Below are positions 38,263 through 48,555 of a stretch of 64,000 nucleotides of DNA, one piece after another. This stretch comes from Turneriella sp. (GTDB lineage: Bacteria > Spirochaetota > Leptospiria > Turneriellales > Turneriellaceae). The translations under genes and the position numbers were made by a program. Location of the stretch: NCBI GenBank assembly GCA_965279515.1, contig CBDIID010000003.1, positions 1,696,001-1,760,000 on the forward strand, written 5' to 3'. Position 1 is the stretch's first letter; each line of letters opens with the position of its first letter. Below the pieces are notes generated by a model. It ran no database searches, was not told the DNA's origin, and saw nothing but the letters and a program-made list of their open reading frames with translations.

Positions 38263-39281
38263 AGACGCTTAGCTTTGCCGCGGCGCTGGCGGCAGTCACT
38301 GGCGTGTCGGCGCTTGGCCGTGTGCGCGACGTGAACCCGCAGCGCAACCAGGTTACGATCATGACGAATAAGGCCGGCGAGTTCGGCATGGGTGCCACGG
38401 TTTATTTTTTCCGTCAGGGTAAGCCGACGGGTAAGGCGCAAGTGGGCCAGGCTTTCCATACGAAAGCCATTGCGCGCATCCTCGAGGGAAATCCGCGTGT
38501 CGATGACGATGCAACCACCACGAATAAGGCACCGAAGACGGGGCCCAAAATCAGCCGTGTTTCGTTCGGCGCCACCGGCGTGCAGGCACAGGAATTTCTC
38601 GTCGAAGTGCAGTTCGACAAACAGGAAAAGCAGCAGCGCAAGCTGACGCTCAATACGGAGATCGCCGCACAGATCGAGGGGGCGCCCGGCTTTATCGGCC
38701 TCAACTCTTCGCTGCTGAAAGAAATCCACATTATCTGGCAGAACGGCGCGCTGCGCGTCGACAAGGTACGCCTGAGCGACCGTTCGAATTTTACCCTGAG
38801 TGCATTCGTCGCAGCCGATCTCTATGCGAAGATTAAACCTTCGGCAGAGACACGCTCCGAAACGGTGAAGGGAAAAATTACGATCGTGAAAAAGGCGCGT
38901 GATCTCGGTAACCTCGCCGATGGCATTCAGGTTGACCTGAGAGTTCTCGCAAAAAATGAGCGTGTGAAAAACGGCAGCGTCTACAAGCTCAAGATTTATT
39001 GCAATGAACTTTTCGCATCGGAGTTTATCCTGCGGCCGCAGGGGGCCGACTTAACGGACGGCATTATGCTGAACCCGGTTGACTTAGCTCCGGTTGAGAA
39101 CAGCCTCGAGTTCCGCCTGGTCGAAGTCACCGAACAGGAAGACCTCATGCTTGAAACCGACAACAACCAGCTCATCGGTACGCTCCTGGTCGAGAGAGTG
39201 GCAAACGACCGCAATGCCCGTGTTGTGGTAACTTTGGCGGCGGGCCAGAACACAACCACGAACCAGATAAAGTCTCCTTGA
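38250..39281 (+). CDS. secreted hypothetical protein
   Basis: Signal peptide, beta-rich; overlaps upstream gene by 13 bp. Confidence 0.75.
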   Translation: MQFLKTLSFAAALAAVTGVSALGRVRDVNPQRNQVTIMTNKAGEFGMGATVYFFRQGKPTGKAQVGQAFHTKAIARILEGNPRVDDDATTTNKAPKTGPKISRVSFGATGVQAQEFLVEVQFDKQEKQQRKLTLNTEIAAQIEGAPGFIGLNSSLLKEIHIIWQNGALRVDKVRLSDRSNFTLSAFVAADLYAKIKPSAETRSETVKGKITIVKKARDLGNLADGIQVDLRVLAKNERVKNGSVYKLKIYCNELFASEFILRPQGADLTDGIMLNPVDLAPVENSLEFRLVEVTEQEDLMLETDNNQLIGTLLVERVANDRNARVVVTLAAGQNTTTNQIKSP

Positions 39282-39312
39282 CGTGAAGATTTATGTTCGC
39301 ACTCAAGGCTAA

Positions 39313-40521
39313 ATGCGAACGCTCGTTTTTATCCGCTTTGCAGCCGCCAGCCTTCTGCTGTTCGGCGGCGCGGCCCTGTTAACGCAGGAAAAATCCACCG
39401 AAGAAACCTATCCGGTACGCATTATTCTCGAACCCCGCCTGGACGCAAAATTCTACCAGGTCGAGTGGCTGGAGCAGAACGATATCGAGGGGCAGGCCGC
39501 CGCACCGGCAAACGCAAGCCTCAGGGAAAAAATCACCAAAACAGATATCCGCCGCAACCTGCCGGTGCGCTTCAAATATTTCCGCCTGCGCTCGGCATAC
39601 CGCGACGGGCTCTATGGCCTGTGGGGCGAAGTTGTCGAAATCCAGCGCCCGGTGAAAACCACGCAGAAAACGGAAAAAACAGAGAAAGCTGAAAAACCCG
39701 CACGCAGCGACCAGGATATCTTTGTGCGTGTGATCGATAAGAACGGCAGGGAAAAATGGGTGCTCCATGGCAATTCCATCGCTCTCGACAAGCTAACGAA
39801 ACAAAACCCGCTTTTTTACGAAGTCCAATTCCTTGCGGACAAAGACGCGCCTGAAAACACCAATGGCCGCAAGAAATACGAAACCCCTCTGCAATTTACC
39901 CGCCCCGGCGAATACAAAATGAGTATCTATGCCAGCGATGACCCTGCGGCCGCGGCGCTGCAGACCTGGAACTTTTGGGTCTACACCGATGTGCCCCGTA
40001 CCTATGTGAAATTTTTTGCCCCGTTTCTGCACGGCAAAGGCGGATTCACCGTCGGTGGCAAAACCAAAATTGCCCTGTTGCCGCAATTCTCCCAGGTCGC
40101 GACCGATAAAATCGAATACAGGGTTTATAAAGACGCAGCGACTCCCGGCGCATGGGTGAAATACGAAGACGAAATTGAGGTGAACTCCTTCGCCAAAGGG
40201 CAATATGGTTATTTTAATGTGGAATTCCAAACGACCAATGTCGCGGGTATTACCGAGTTGCCACAGCACCGCCGTATGCTGATCGATGCGACCGGGCCCA
40301 TTATCGAAGAAGTTCCGGGTGCCGAACCCGGAATACTGCAGCTTTCATTTAAAGATGAAAATTTTCCGATCGTGGTGCGCGCCTACCAGGGCGGTAAACT
40401 CATCGAAGACAAATATTTCAGGCACTGGAATGCCCGCGACGTGGTTAAACTGCCCGCAGGCGCCGGCCTTGAAATCAGGGCGATTGATCTTCTGGGTAAC
40501 GAAACTATCTTAAAGAAGTAA
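39313..40521 (+). CDS. secreted protein with Ig/Fn3-like beta sandwiches
   Basis: Signal peptide; Y..P..F...G.Y, N.AG..E, ID.T.P, A.D..GN motifs. Confidence 0.7.
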   Translation: MRTLVFIRFAAASLLLFGGAALLTQEKSTEETYPVRIILEPRLDAKFYQVEWLEQNDIEGQAAAPANASLREKITKTDIRRNLPVRFKYFRLRSAYRDGLYGLWGEVVEIQRPVKTTQKTEKTEKAEKPARSDQDIFVRVIDKNGREKWVLHGNSIALDKLTKQNPLFYEVQFLADKDAPENTNGRKKYETPLQFTRPGEYKMSIYASDDPAAAALQTWNFWVYTDVPRTYVKFFAPFLHGKGGFTVGGKTKIALLPQFSQVATDKIEYRVYKDAATPGAWVKYEDEIEVNSFAKGQYGYFNVEFQTTNVAGITELPQHRRMLIDATGPIIEEVPGAEPGILQLSFKDENFPIVVRAYQGGKLIEDKYFRHWNARDVVKLPAGAGLEIRAIDLLGNETILKK

Positions 40522-42813
40522 CAGCTTCTCAAATTCCTGCAGCGGCACCGGCCGTGAGAAGTGGAATCCCTGGAAGGCATGGCAGCCCATGGCGTGCAGC
40601 GCGGCGAGCTGCTCCTGTGTTTCGACGCCTTCAGCGAGAACCTGCAGGTTAAGGTTTTCTGCCATGCCGATAATCGTGCGGATCAGAATCGCGTCGTTCT
40701 TATCGGTCGTCAGGTCGCGTACGAAAGACTGATCGATCTTGATCTGGCTGAAGGGCAGGCGTTTGAGGTAGGCGAGCGAAGAGTATCCCGTGCCGAAATC
40801 GTCGAGACTGAAGCCGATGCCCATTTCCTTCAGTAACTCCATCTTTTCGATCGTCTCATCGACGTTTTCGAGCATGAGACTTTCCGTAAGCTCAAGTTTC
40901 AGCGCACCGGGATTAATGCCCGATTGCCGCACGGCGTCCCCCACCATGGCTGAAAAGCCCGCCTCGCGGAATTGTTTTGGGCTGACATTGATGGCGAGCA
41001 CGAGGTGTTTTGTTTCCGCGCGTTCGGCCCATTCCTGCAGTTTGACACAGGCCATGCGGATAATCCAGGTACCGATTTCGACAATGTCACCGGTCTCTTC
41101 AGCCAGCGGTATAAAATCGCCCGGAAATACCATACCACGTATGCCGTGCCGCCAGCGGAGTAAAATCTCGGCGCCGAAGATGATACGCTGCGAATTATAC
41201 TGCGGCTGAAAATGCAGCTCAAACTCGTTGTTCCGCAGCGCCCGTTTGAGGTCTGATTCCAGCGCAATGCGTGCCTCGATCTGTTTCTGCATCTCGACGT
41301 CGAAATTGCGCAGCCGATTCTTGCCGCCGACTTTCGCCTGGTACATGGCGATATCGGCACGTTTCAGAAGCTCGTCGGCCGAATGGATGTGCCCGTACAT
41401 GAGTGTAATACCGATGCTCACGCTGTTCTGATAGTACTGCCCCAACGCATACGGGTTTACCGTGGGGACATTGATTGCCTCGAGAATCTTCTCGCCGATT
41501 TTTTCAGCCTCATGAGCCGCCTGGCTGATCGAACCGCTCAGGTTTTCAACAATCACGACAAACTCATCGCCGCCCCAGCGGGCGACAGTATCACTCTCTT
41601 TCACCGAAGCTGTCACGCGCTCGGCGACGACGGTAAGAAAATAATCTCCGCTGGCGTGACCCGAACTATCGTTGATATTCTTAAAATTATCGACATCAAT
41701 AAAAAAGACAGCGCCATATTTCAGGTCGCGTTCGCTCGTTGCCTGCGCGTGCTGCAAACGGTCCTGAAAAAGTTTACGGTTGGGCAGCCCTGTGAGATTA
41801 TCGTAGAGCGCAAGACTCTGTATTATTGCCTGCTGTTTTTTCCTTTCGCGGATATCCGTAATACTGCCGCGAACCAGAGGCGGATCGCCCGGCAGGCGCA
41901 ACAAGCGTATCTCGCACGGAATATTCTGGCCGTCTTTGTTCAGGCATATCCATTCGAATACGGGAATCTCACCTTCTAATGCCGCGCCGATCCTTTCACG
42001 CGCTAATTGTTCCGAAACAATCCCGCCTTCCTGGAATTCCGGGCTGACATCTGCAGGGCCGAGATTCTTCAGCTCTGTTGCCGAATAACCGAAAAACTTT
42101 TCAGCCATGGGATTCACTTCGACAAACTTACCCGTCCCTATATCAAGCACGACAATAGCATCCGGTGCATTATCGATCAGCCGGCGGAATTTCTGCTCGT
42201 TTACGTTTGAAATTTCTGAAACCCGCTTCAACCGCTGCGCACTGGTTTCGAGTGATTCGACGAGGCTATGAACAATCATCGACAACAACAAGTTAAGCGT
42301 AACGAAGACGACGCCGGCTTTAAGCCACGTGACAAAAACGGGATCGCCGGGCAGGGAAATATCCGGCGGTGTATTCAATCCCAGGTGTGCAAGAATTCCG
42401 TAGGTGATGATGGCGAGAAAGTCGGCCGCGACGATCACAAACGCAGCGCGGCGGCCAAAAAACGCCGCGGCGATCAGGCTTCCCGCACCGGCAATCGCTA
42501 AGGCAGTGTAACGGGGACCCACGAGGCAGGGAAAATACATCCCCACCAAAGTGAAATTAAAGATGAGGATAGCCGCTTTGCTGCGCCAGCCAAATGCCGG
42601 ATGCAGACTCGCAAAAACGAGCACATCGAAAATAATCCCTAAGGTACCGGCGGCATCGAGCCCCCGGATACGGAACATCCACAGCGCGATCGCCACAGCG
42701 CTGCCCAGGAGCACGATACCAATCGTACGGTTGAGTATTTTGAGCTTCCAGATATCCTGGTATTCCGACGCGGCGAACGGTTTTCCGGCGGTGTTTTTGA
42801 GGGAATTCTCCAC
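40510..42813 (-). CDS. membrane PAS-GGDEF-EAL protein
   Basis: About 6 TM, PAS, D.LTGLPNR, GGDEF, EILLRW, DDFGTGYSSL; I-site RxxD replaced by KESD. Confidence 0.95.
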   Translation of the reverse strand: MENSLKNTAGKPFAASEYQDIWKLKILNRTIGIVLLGSAVAIALWMFRIRGLDAAGTLGIIFDVLVFASLHPAFGWRSKAAILIFNFTLVGMYFPCLVGPRYTALAIAGAGSLIAAAFFGRRAAFVIVAADFLAIITYGILAHLGLNTPPDISLPGDPVFVTWLKAGVVFVTLNLLLSMIVHSLVESLETSAQRLKRVSEISNVNEQKFRRLIDNAPDAIVVLDIGTGKFVEVNPMAEKFFGYSATELKNLGPADVSPEFQEGGIVSEQLARERIGAALEGEIPVFEWICLNKDGQNIPCEIRLLRLPGDPPLVRGSITDIRERKKQQAIIQSLALYDNLTGLPNRKLFQDRLQHAQATSERDLKYGAVFFIDVDNFKNINDSSGHASGDYFLTVVAERVTASVKESDTVARWGGDEFVVIVENLSGSISQAAHEAEKIGEKILEAINVPTVNPYALGQYYQNSVSIGITLMYGHIHSADELLKRADIAMYQAKVGGKNRLRNFDVEMQKQIEARIALESDLKRALRNNEFELHFQPQYNSQRIIFGAEILLRWRHGIRGMVFPGDFIPLAEETGDIVEIGTWIIRMACVKLQEWAERAETKHLVLAINVSPKQFREAGFSAMVGDAVRQSGINPGALKLELTESLMLENVDETIEKMELLKEMGIGFSLDDFGTGYSSLAYLKRLPFSQIKIDQSFVRDLTTDKNDAILIRTIIGMAENLNLQVLAEGVETQEQLAALHAMGCHAFQGFHFSRPVPLQEFEKLLLL

Positions 42814-42921
42814 GTGGGGAATTATCGCCGGGCGGATGGCTCAGTAAACCAGAATATGACTTCTAAATGGTCAAAATCCCTTTCTCCTTGACGGTATGTC
42901 TAATTCGCAATTTCAGACTCT

Positions 42922-43338
42922 ATGGCGAAACTATCAGGCGCGACCCCTCAAGGCGGTGGCACAACGAACGGTTCGGCAGCCGGCGCCCACGCAAAAGTAA
43001 CTATCTACTACAACCCGAAATGCCGCAAGAGCCGCGAAGCTCTGCAGATCATCAAAGAAAAGGGTATCGACCCTGAAATACGCAATTATATGGAAGAGCC
43101 GCCCACCAAAGCCGAACTTTCCGAAGTTCTGCGCAAAATGGGCCGCCGCCCGCGCGACATCTTCCGCAAATCTGAGCCTCTTTATAAAGATCTCGGCCTC
43201 AAGAACAAAGATTTGAGCGACGACGAACTATTGACTTACCTCAACGAATACCCTATCCTGATCGAACGCCCGATCGTCGTCAAAGGCCAGCGCGCCGTAC
43301 TCGGCCGCCCACCCGAAGACGTACGCCGTATCATCTGA
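42922..43338 (+). CDS. arsC: ArsC-family arsenate reductase
   Basis: NPKCRKSR, P.LIERPIV, GRPPE. Confidence 0.85.
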   Translation: MAKLSGATPQGGGTTNGSAAGAHAKVTIYYNPKCRKSREALQIIKEKGIDPEIRNYMEEPPTKAELSEVLRKMGRRPRDIFRKSEPLYKDLGLKNKDLSDDELLTYLNEYPILIERPIVVKGQRAVLGRPPEDVRRII

Positions 43339-43357
43339 AAACCGGTTAGGCCTCCGC

Positions 43358-44008
43358 GTGGCAAGTCGCAAGATCGTTGTCACCTCGGGTCCCACCCGCG
43401 AACATTTTGACCCGATTCGTTTTCTCTCGAACCCTTCCACCGGCCGCATGGGCCATTCCATCGCCGCAGCAGCGGTTGCAAAAGGCGGATTTACCGTTGT
43501 TTTCATTTCCGGTCCCGTAACTCCCGATTTTGCCGAAGTTCAGGGCGCAAAAAATATTTCCGTGACGAGCACAGAAGACATGCTCGCTGCGGTAGACGAA
43601 CACCTGAACGCAGGGGACATCCTCATCATGGCAGCCGCGCCGGCCGACTACAAACCCGCCGTGCGCTCGCCGGTAAAAATCAAGAAGACCGAAAACCCGC
43701 AGATCAATCTGGTGCCCAACCCCGACATTCTCAAGAAAATGGCCGAGAAAAATAAATCGCTCACACCCCGGGCGACGCTTGTCGGCTTTGCCGCCGAGAC
43801 GCATGACACCGAAAAGTATGCGCTCGGCAAACTCAAAGACAAAGAGCTCGATATGATTTTCCTGAACGACGTCTCGAAACAGGGCGCGGGCTTTGCTTCG
43901 ACGACGAACGAGTTCACTGTTTTTTTTAAAGACGGTCACAGGCTCGAACTCGCCAATGCCAGCAAAGAAGAGCTCGGACAGAAAATTATCGACTGTGTTC
44001 TGCCATGA
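43358..44008 (+). CDS. coaB: phosphopantothenate--cysteine ligase (stand-alone CoaB)
   Basis: TSGPTRE..DPIRFLSN.STG.MG, AAAPADY, KIKK, GFAAET. Confidence 0.9.
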   Translation: MASRKIVVTSGPTREHFDPIRFLSNPSTGRMGHSIAAAAVAKGGFTVVFISGPVTPDFAEVQGAKNISVTSTEDMLAAVDEHLNAGDILIMAAAPADYKPAVRSPVKIKKTENPQINLVPNPDILKKMAEKNKSLTPRATLVGFAAETHDTEKYALGKLKDKELDMIFLNDVSKQGAGFASTTNEFTVFFKDGHRLELANASKEELGQKIIDCVLP

Positions 44009-44670
44009 CCGGCATTCTCATCGCCACTAAATCAGAAGCGGCTTTTTTGCTGAACGATTTAGCTCCCGCGAAAAAAGATGGCATCTTTCATTACCGTGGC
44101 AATATCTCTGGAAAAAATGCAGCCCTCTACCTGACGCGGCCGGGCGTTGCGGCCAAAGAACAGTTGCGGCGCTTTCTGCGCCTCTACACTTTCGAACGCA
44201 TCATCAGTACCGGCGCCTGCGGTAACCTGACGAGCGAACTCAAACGCCTTGACGTTGTGCGCATCGCCAACGCCGCCTACCCGGGGAAAAAAAACATCAT
44301 TCTTACGCAAACCGGCCGCACCGCTGTTTCGATCGAACACCTGGTCACCGCCGACAGCGTGAAGGCCGACCTGCGGGCGCAGACAGGGGCCGATGTCGTC
44401 GACATGGAAACCTATGCGATAGCAGCAATCATGGCGGAAAAGGAATTTGCCCAACTGCCGTTGACCGCCATCCGTGTCGTCGACGATTTACCCGGTGAAG
44501 AGAATTACCTGACGAAGGAAAAGATGTTACGCGAGATGACGGCGGCAACGCCATCAGGCAATCCCCGCTGGCGCGACATCTGGAGTTTCGGTATCTGGGA
44601 TTATTTCCGCATCACCCTGCGCCGCCATGCCGTCGCCCGCGCCATTTTTGACGCCGTCAGCAAGGCCTGA
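44005..44670 (+). CDS. nucleoside phosphorylase / MTA-SAH nucleosidase-fold protein
   Basis: A...EA, STG.CG.L, VDMET, R.V.D. Confidence 0.7.
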   Translation: MTGILIATKSEAAFLLNDLAPAKKDGIFHYRGNISGKNAALYLTRPGVAAKEQLRRFLRLYTFERIISTGACGNLTSELKRLDVVRIANAAYPGKKNIILTQTGRTAVSIEHLVTADSVKADLRAQTGADVVDMETYAIAAIMAEKEFAQLPLTAIRVVDDLPGEENYLTKEKMLREMTAATPSGNPRWRDIWSFGIWDYFRITLRRHAVARAIFDAVSKA

Positions 44671-45542
44671 TGCAGCTCACCGCACGCCTCAAGGGCACAC
44701 TCTTCATACTGTGCTCGGCCCTGCTCTTCTATCTCGCGACCTTTTTCGTGCGCATCGCCAGCAGCGAGTTTCGTGTTCCCGGGTCATGGTATATGCTGGC
44801 GCGGTTTTTATTGGGATTGCCCCTGTTCTATATATTCTTCCGCAGAAGCGGCGCGCCGGTCACCAGCAGCGGCTGGCTCATCATGCGCGCCGTTTTCAAC
44901 GTCATCGCGGTAATATTTTTTATTTATGCCACACATTTTGGCTCAGCGCTGAACGCCAATGTCCTGAACATGACCTACCCGGCTTTCGTGGCCCTGCTAT
45001 CTCCCATCTTCATCGGTGAAAAGAGCTCGTGGCTGACCTGGCTTGCAGTCATTGCCGCGATTGCAGGCTCGACCATCATCACGCTGGGCGGCAATAAACT
45101 GGAATTTCGCACCGCCGACCTGTTGGGCCTTGCCTCGGGTATTACCGCCGGGGTCGGCGTGATGAGCCTCAGGCAGATCCGTAAGACCGACTCGACATTC
45201 AACGTGCTCTATTACACCTTTCTCCTCGGAACGATGGCCTCGCTCGTTCTTGTGCTCATCGAAACCCTGCTGCTGCCCGCCGCCCCTGCAGCGGTGAGCT
45301 CCCCGCGCTTCTGGTCACTGATCGCTCTCTCAGGCCTGTGCGGTGTGCTCGGGCAATGGGTCTTCACCTATGGCTTCGCGTGGGTTGGTGCCGTTGAGGG
45401 TTCGATTCTCTCCTCATCACGCATCCTGATTGCACTGGCGTTCGGCGTGACCTGGTTTCATGAATCGTTTACAGCAATGGCGGCCCTGGGCGCCGCACTG
45501 GTATTATTTTCCAATGTCTCTCTCGCGCTGCGGCGGCGCTGA
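44670..45542 (+). CDS. DMT/EamA transporter
   Basis: 10 TM, RF, T.P.FV.L.S..F.GE. Confidence 0.9.
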   Translation: MQLTARLKGTLFILCSALLFYLATFFVRIASSEFRVPGSWYMLARFLLGLPLFYIFFRRSGAPVTSSGWLIMRAVFNVIAVIFFIYATHFGSALNANVLNMTYPAFVALLSPIFIGEKSSWLTWLAVIAAIAGSTIITLGGNKLEFRTADLLGLASGITAGVGVMSLRQIRKTDSTFNVLYYTFLLGTMASLVLVLIETLLLPAAPAAVSSPRFWSLIALSGLCGVLGQWVFTYGFAWVGAVEGSILSSSRILIALAFGVTWFHESFTAMAALGAALVLFSNVSLALRRR

Positions 45543-45583
45543 ATTTTTTGGCAAAATCGGCCGCTTTTGATTATGCTTGCCCC

Positions 45584-45946
45584 ATGAAGAGATTCCTTGG
45601 CGGCGCCGTCATCGGTGCGGTGGCAGTTTACGCCTTTGGCGCACAGGTTGTGAAAATCGTACGCGAACCGGGCCTCGTCGCCTTTTCCCTGCAAAAGGGG
45701 TATGGCGTTCAGAAAGAAGCCAAGAATGAACTGACTTTTACCTCCGTAACCAACGGCAAAGAGATCAAAAAAGTGACGGTTTTCACGGGAACGACAGCTG
45801 CCGAAGACAAGAAATATTTCAGCAAATTAAATTCGATTCATGTTCCTGCTAACGCGGGCAAAGTCCGAGTCACGGGCCGTATCTTCTACTGCAGCTTCGA
45901 ACAGAAATTCTGTTCGGTGCAAAAGGTCGATGAAGAACTGAACTAA
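45584..45946 (+). CDS. small secreted protein with YC..C motif
   Basis: Signal peptide; GYG.QKEA.N, FYCSFEQKFCS. Confidence 0.7.
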   Translation: MKRFLGGAVIGAVAVYAFGAQVVKIVREPGLVAFSLQKGYGVQKEAKNELTFTSVTNGKEIKKVTVFTGTTAAEDKKYFSKLNSIHVPANAGKVRVTGRIFYCSFEQKFCSVQKVDEELN

Positions 45947-46185
45947 TCTATTTCAACCCGCGCGGCCAGCTCGCCGATCTTCGGGTGCGATTTTTCTGCC
46001 TGGCAAATCTCAATCAGTTTTCCGTTTTGTGGCGCTTCGAGGGAGAAAGCAGCCTTATCGGTCACCAGCTCGCAGAGCTCGTCGCCCGCGGCAAAGGTTT
46101 CACCTGGCTTTTTGTTCCATTTCACGAGCTCGATGCCGTCGTTGCCGCCGATGTCGGGAATTTTGAGCTCGATGATGCGTGGCAT
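45943..46185 (-). CDS. stand-alone lipoyl-domain protein
   Basis: PDIG, W.KKPG, E..TDKA...EAP..G. Confidence 0.85.
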   Translation of the reverse strand: MPRIIELKIPDIGGNDGIELVKWNKKPGETFAAGDELCELVTDKAAFSLEAPQNGKLIEICQAEKSHPKIGELAARVEID

Positions 46186-46236
46186 GGTTTAAACCGGTGA
46201 GCCGGACGCCCCGCGTAAATCAATATTCATTCAGGG

Positions 46237-47532
46237 TCAGGCATCGATCGACCAGAGTGTGATCTCCTGCTCCCTGCCTTTTACCTTAGCCTCGCCCACC
46301 CTGCGGCAGCGTTCTTTCACTGGCGCTGAGGCCGCCTGGTAAACAGCATCGGAAAAAATCAGGTCTGTTTTGAACTCTTTGCAGAGCCCTTCGATACGGG
46401 ATGCGCTGTTGACGGCATCGCCGATCACCGTGAAATCCTTACGTTCGGCGCTGCCAATGGCCCCCTGCAGAACCTCGCCATAATGGATACCAATACCGTT
46501 TTGAATGGGTTCAAGCCCCGCGGCTTGCCGCCGGCCATTGAGCTCTGCCAGCGAAGCGCGCATCAGCAGCGCCGCCGCTAACGCGGAATCACAACTGTTC
46601 TCCACATCCATAACGCCGCCGAAGACGGCCATAATCGCATCGCCGATAAATTTATCGATCGTACCGCCGGCAGAGGCGATCGCGCGCACCATCGCATCGA
46701 GGTATTCATTGAGGTATTCGACCACCTTTTCGGGAGCGACCTTTTCGCTAAAGCTGGTAAAACCCCGGATATCGCAGAACAAAATCGCCACAATTTTTTT
46801 CTCGCCATGCCCTAACGTACCGGCATGTGAGAGAATCTTATCCTTCACCTCATTCGAGACAAATTGCCCGAAAAGGCGTGAGACCATCATCGTCTCTCTC
46901 TGCCGCGTCAGTGTGTCGGCGATCAGCATGCGCACATGGCGGCTGACAATGCCGACGGTGAAACCGGTGACGCCCATCATCATTGATTTAAAGTGATAGA
47001 AACTTTCCTGAGTCAGGTCTTGCAATAACAGCGCATCGGGGTGCTGTGTCGCCGCCAGATAGGGAATCGCGAGGTGCGCGGCGAGGCTGTATTGCAGCGC
47101 AGAATAAAGCCCGGTCACCAGCGAGAGGCGAAAATCAAACGCAAAACCCGTGAGCACAATCAGGAAAAAATACAGGTAGCCCGGCGGCCCGGTGATGTAG
47201 GTCGCCGTGCCCGAGGGCAGCACAAAAAAGGCGATGATATAGATCGAAGTCGGCAAGGTGCAGAAACCGAGCATGACGAACCAGGTGCTCCGGCTTTTGA
47301 TTTTCCCGGCGCGCGCCAGCAGCCAAACCAAACCCGAGTAGATGCCGCCGATAAAAGTCCAAACGATCGGAACTTCGATACCTTTGACAAAACCCAGCCG
47401 CGTCAGAACAAAGAGCACTCCGGCGCTTAAGAATCCCATAAGGCAGGATGCGAGTGACCCCTTTTGCAGGGTCTCGTTCATTTGCTGTGTCACAAGCTGG
47501 TCAAAAGTTACAAGGTCGGAAGTTTGGGCCAT
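46237..47532 (-). CDS. membrane class III adenylate/guanylate cyclase
   Basis: 6 TM; FCDIRGFT, DKFIGDA, D.TVIGDAVN.ASR.E, VKGR (K/D specificity pair suggests adenylate). Confidence 0.93.
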   Translation of the reverse strand: MAQTSDLVTFDQLVTQQMNETLQKGSLASCLMGFLSAGVLFVLTRLGFVKGIEVPIVWTFIGGIYSGLVWLLARAGKIKSRSTWFVMLGFCTLPTSIYIIAFFVLPSGTATYITGPPGYLYFFLIVLTGFAFDFRLSLVTGLYSALQYSLAAHLAIPYLAATQHPDALLLQDLTQESFYHFKSMMMGVTGFTVGIVSRHVRMLIADTLTRQRETMMVSRLFGQFVSNEVKDKILSHAGTLGHGEKKIVAILFCDIRGFTSFSEKVAPEKVVEYLNEYLDAMVRAIASAGGTIDKFIGDAIMAVFGGVMDVENSCDSALAAALLMRASLAELNGRRQAAGLEPIQNGIGIHYGEVLQGAIGSAERKDFTVIGDAVNSASRIEGLCKEFKTDLIFSDAVYQAASAPVKERCRRVGEAKVKGREQEITLWSIDA

Positions 47533-47572
47533 ATTCGAAGCCAATCCGCCTTTAAAAAAGCAGCGCTGCAAG

Positions 47573-47607
47573 AAAAAAAAGAAAGCCCTGCCGTTAGAGC
47601 AGGGCTT
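47573..47607 (-). terminator. intrinsic terminator of fcpA
   Basis: 9-bp stem AAGCCCTGC/GCAGGGCTT followed by a T-run on the minus strand. Confidence 0.8.
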
Positions 47608-47643
47608 CGGACGATCAGCGGCCCAATTTTCCGGGCCTTGAAG

Positions 47644-48483
47644 TTATGGAGATGGTTTCGTCGCGATGATCTCGTCGCGGTTTACGAGCTCAAGAATGTG
47701 CTCATACTCCGGAGAATCTTTCTTGTACTTAAGCTCTGTCGCACGCAGCAGGTGCTTGTTTTTATTCTTCTTGTAGAAGATGCGTTCTGCTTCGGTGCCT
47801 TTGTTGTACTTCTCTGCAACAGCTTCTTTGAAGCCGTAACCTGAAGCCAGGTATTTATGCGGAGAAATCTCTGTCTCAAACGCAGGGTCGATTTTCAGAT
47901 AACGCTCAAGCAGATCGATGGTCTGCGGCAGGTTCTGCAGGTCGTACTGTGAAATGATCCAGTCGCGGTATACCGAAGCTGTCAGATCTTTCATCTGTTG
48001 TTTTTCACGGAACGAACGGTTTTGTATTTCGTCGAGGTGGTTGATCGCGCGGGTGAAATAGGTCACCGCTTTGATTTTCGCACGGTCTTTCTTTTCGCGC
48101 AGAATGCGTTCTTCGCGCATTTTGCGATCGATCGTCTGCCAGTACCATTTTTCGTTCAGGTATTTGGCATCGGCCCACTCTTCTTTGTTGCGCTGAACTT
48201 CTTCGCGCATCTTATCGAGAATCGAGCGGCCGGTCTGGTAGTTCGAAAGCGCCAGACGGAACTTGTTGTTGGCAAAATCGTCACCGAGCTTATAGAGCTC
48301 GTCAAACGAAGCCACGTAAGGGCGATAATCCGGGTTATACCACTTGGCTTCTTTTTCTTCAGCCGGGCTGGGTGCCGCTGCGGTACCGCCGCCGGTTGTC
48401 GGCTTGCCCGCCGCGGGTTGTGCCATTATGGCTGTACCAATAAATACAGCGAGTAATGCAACTGCTGCTATGAACTTTTTCAT
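47644..48483 (-). CDS. fcpA: flagellar coiling protein A
   Basis: NPD, FANN.FRLALSNYQ, EKWYWQ.IDRK.REER, AINHLDEI, YDLQNLPQTI, HKYLAS, HLLRATELKY..DSPEY as in Leptospira FcpA; GAAGGAG RBS. Confidence 0.93.
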   Translation of the reverse strand: MKKFIAAVALLAVFIGTAIMAQPAAGKPTTGGGTAAAPSPAEEKEAKWYNPDYRPYVASFDELYKLGDDFANNKFRLALSNYQTGRSILDKMREEVQRNKEEWADAKYLNEKWYWQTIDRKMREERILREKKDRAKIKAVTYFTRAINHLDEIQNRSFREKQQMKDLTASVYRDWIISQYDLQNLPQTIDLLERYLKIDPAFETEISPHKYLASGYGFKEAVAEKYNKGTEAERIFYKKNKNKHLLRATELKYKKDSPEYEHILELVNRDEIIATKPSP

Positions 48484-48555
48484 ACGTTTCTCCTTCAATG
48501 CTGTTCGTCCATTTCTAACGCAGGCATGAGCATACATTAGAAAATACTATATTCT

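Noticed and set aside
43358..44008. Truncated coaBC pseudogene (likewise the half-length rlmKL at 60763)
   Set aside because: Intact domains with their own starts; split forms are known in bacteria
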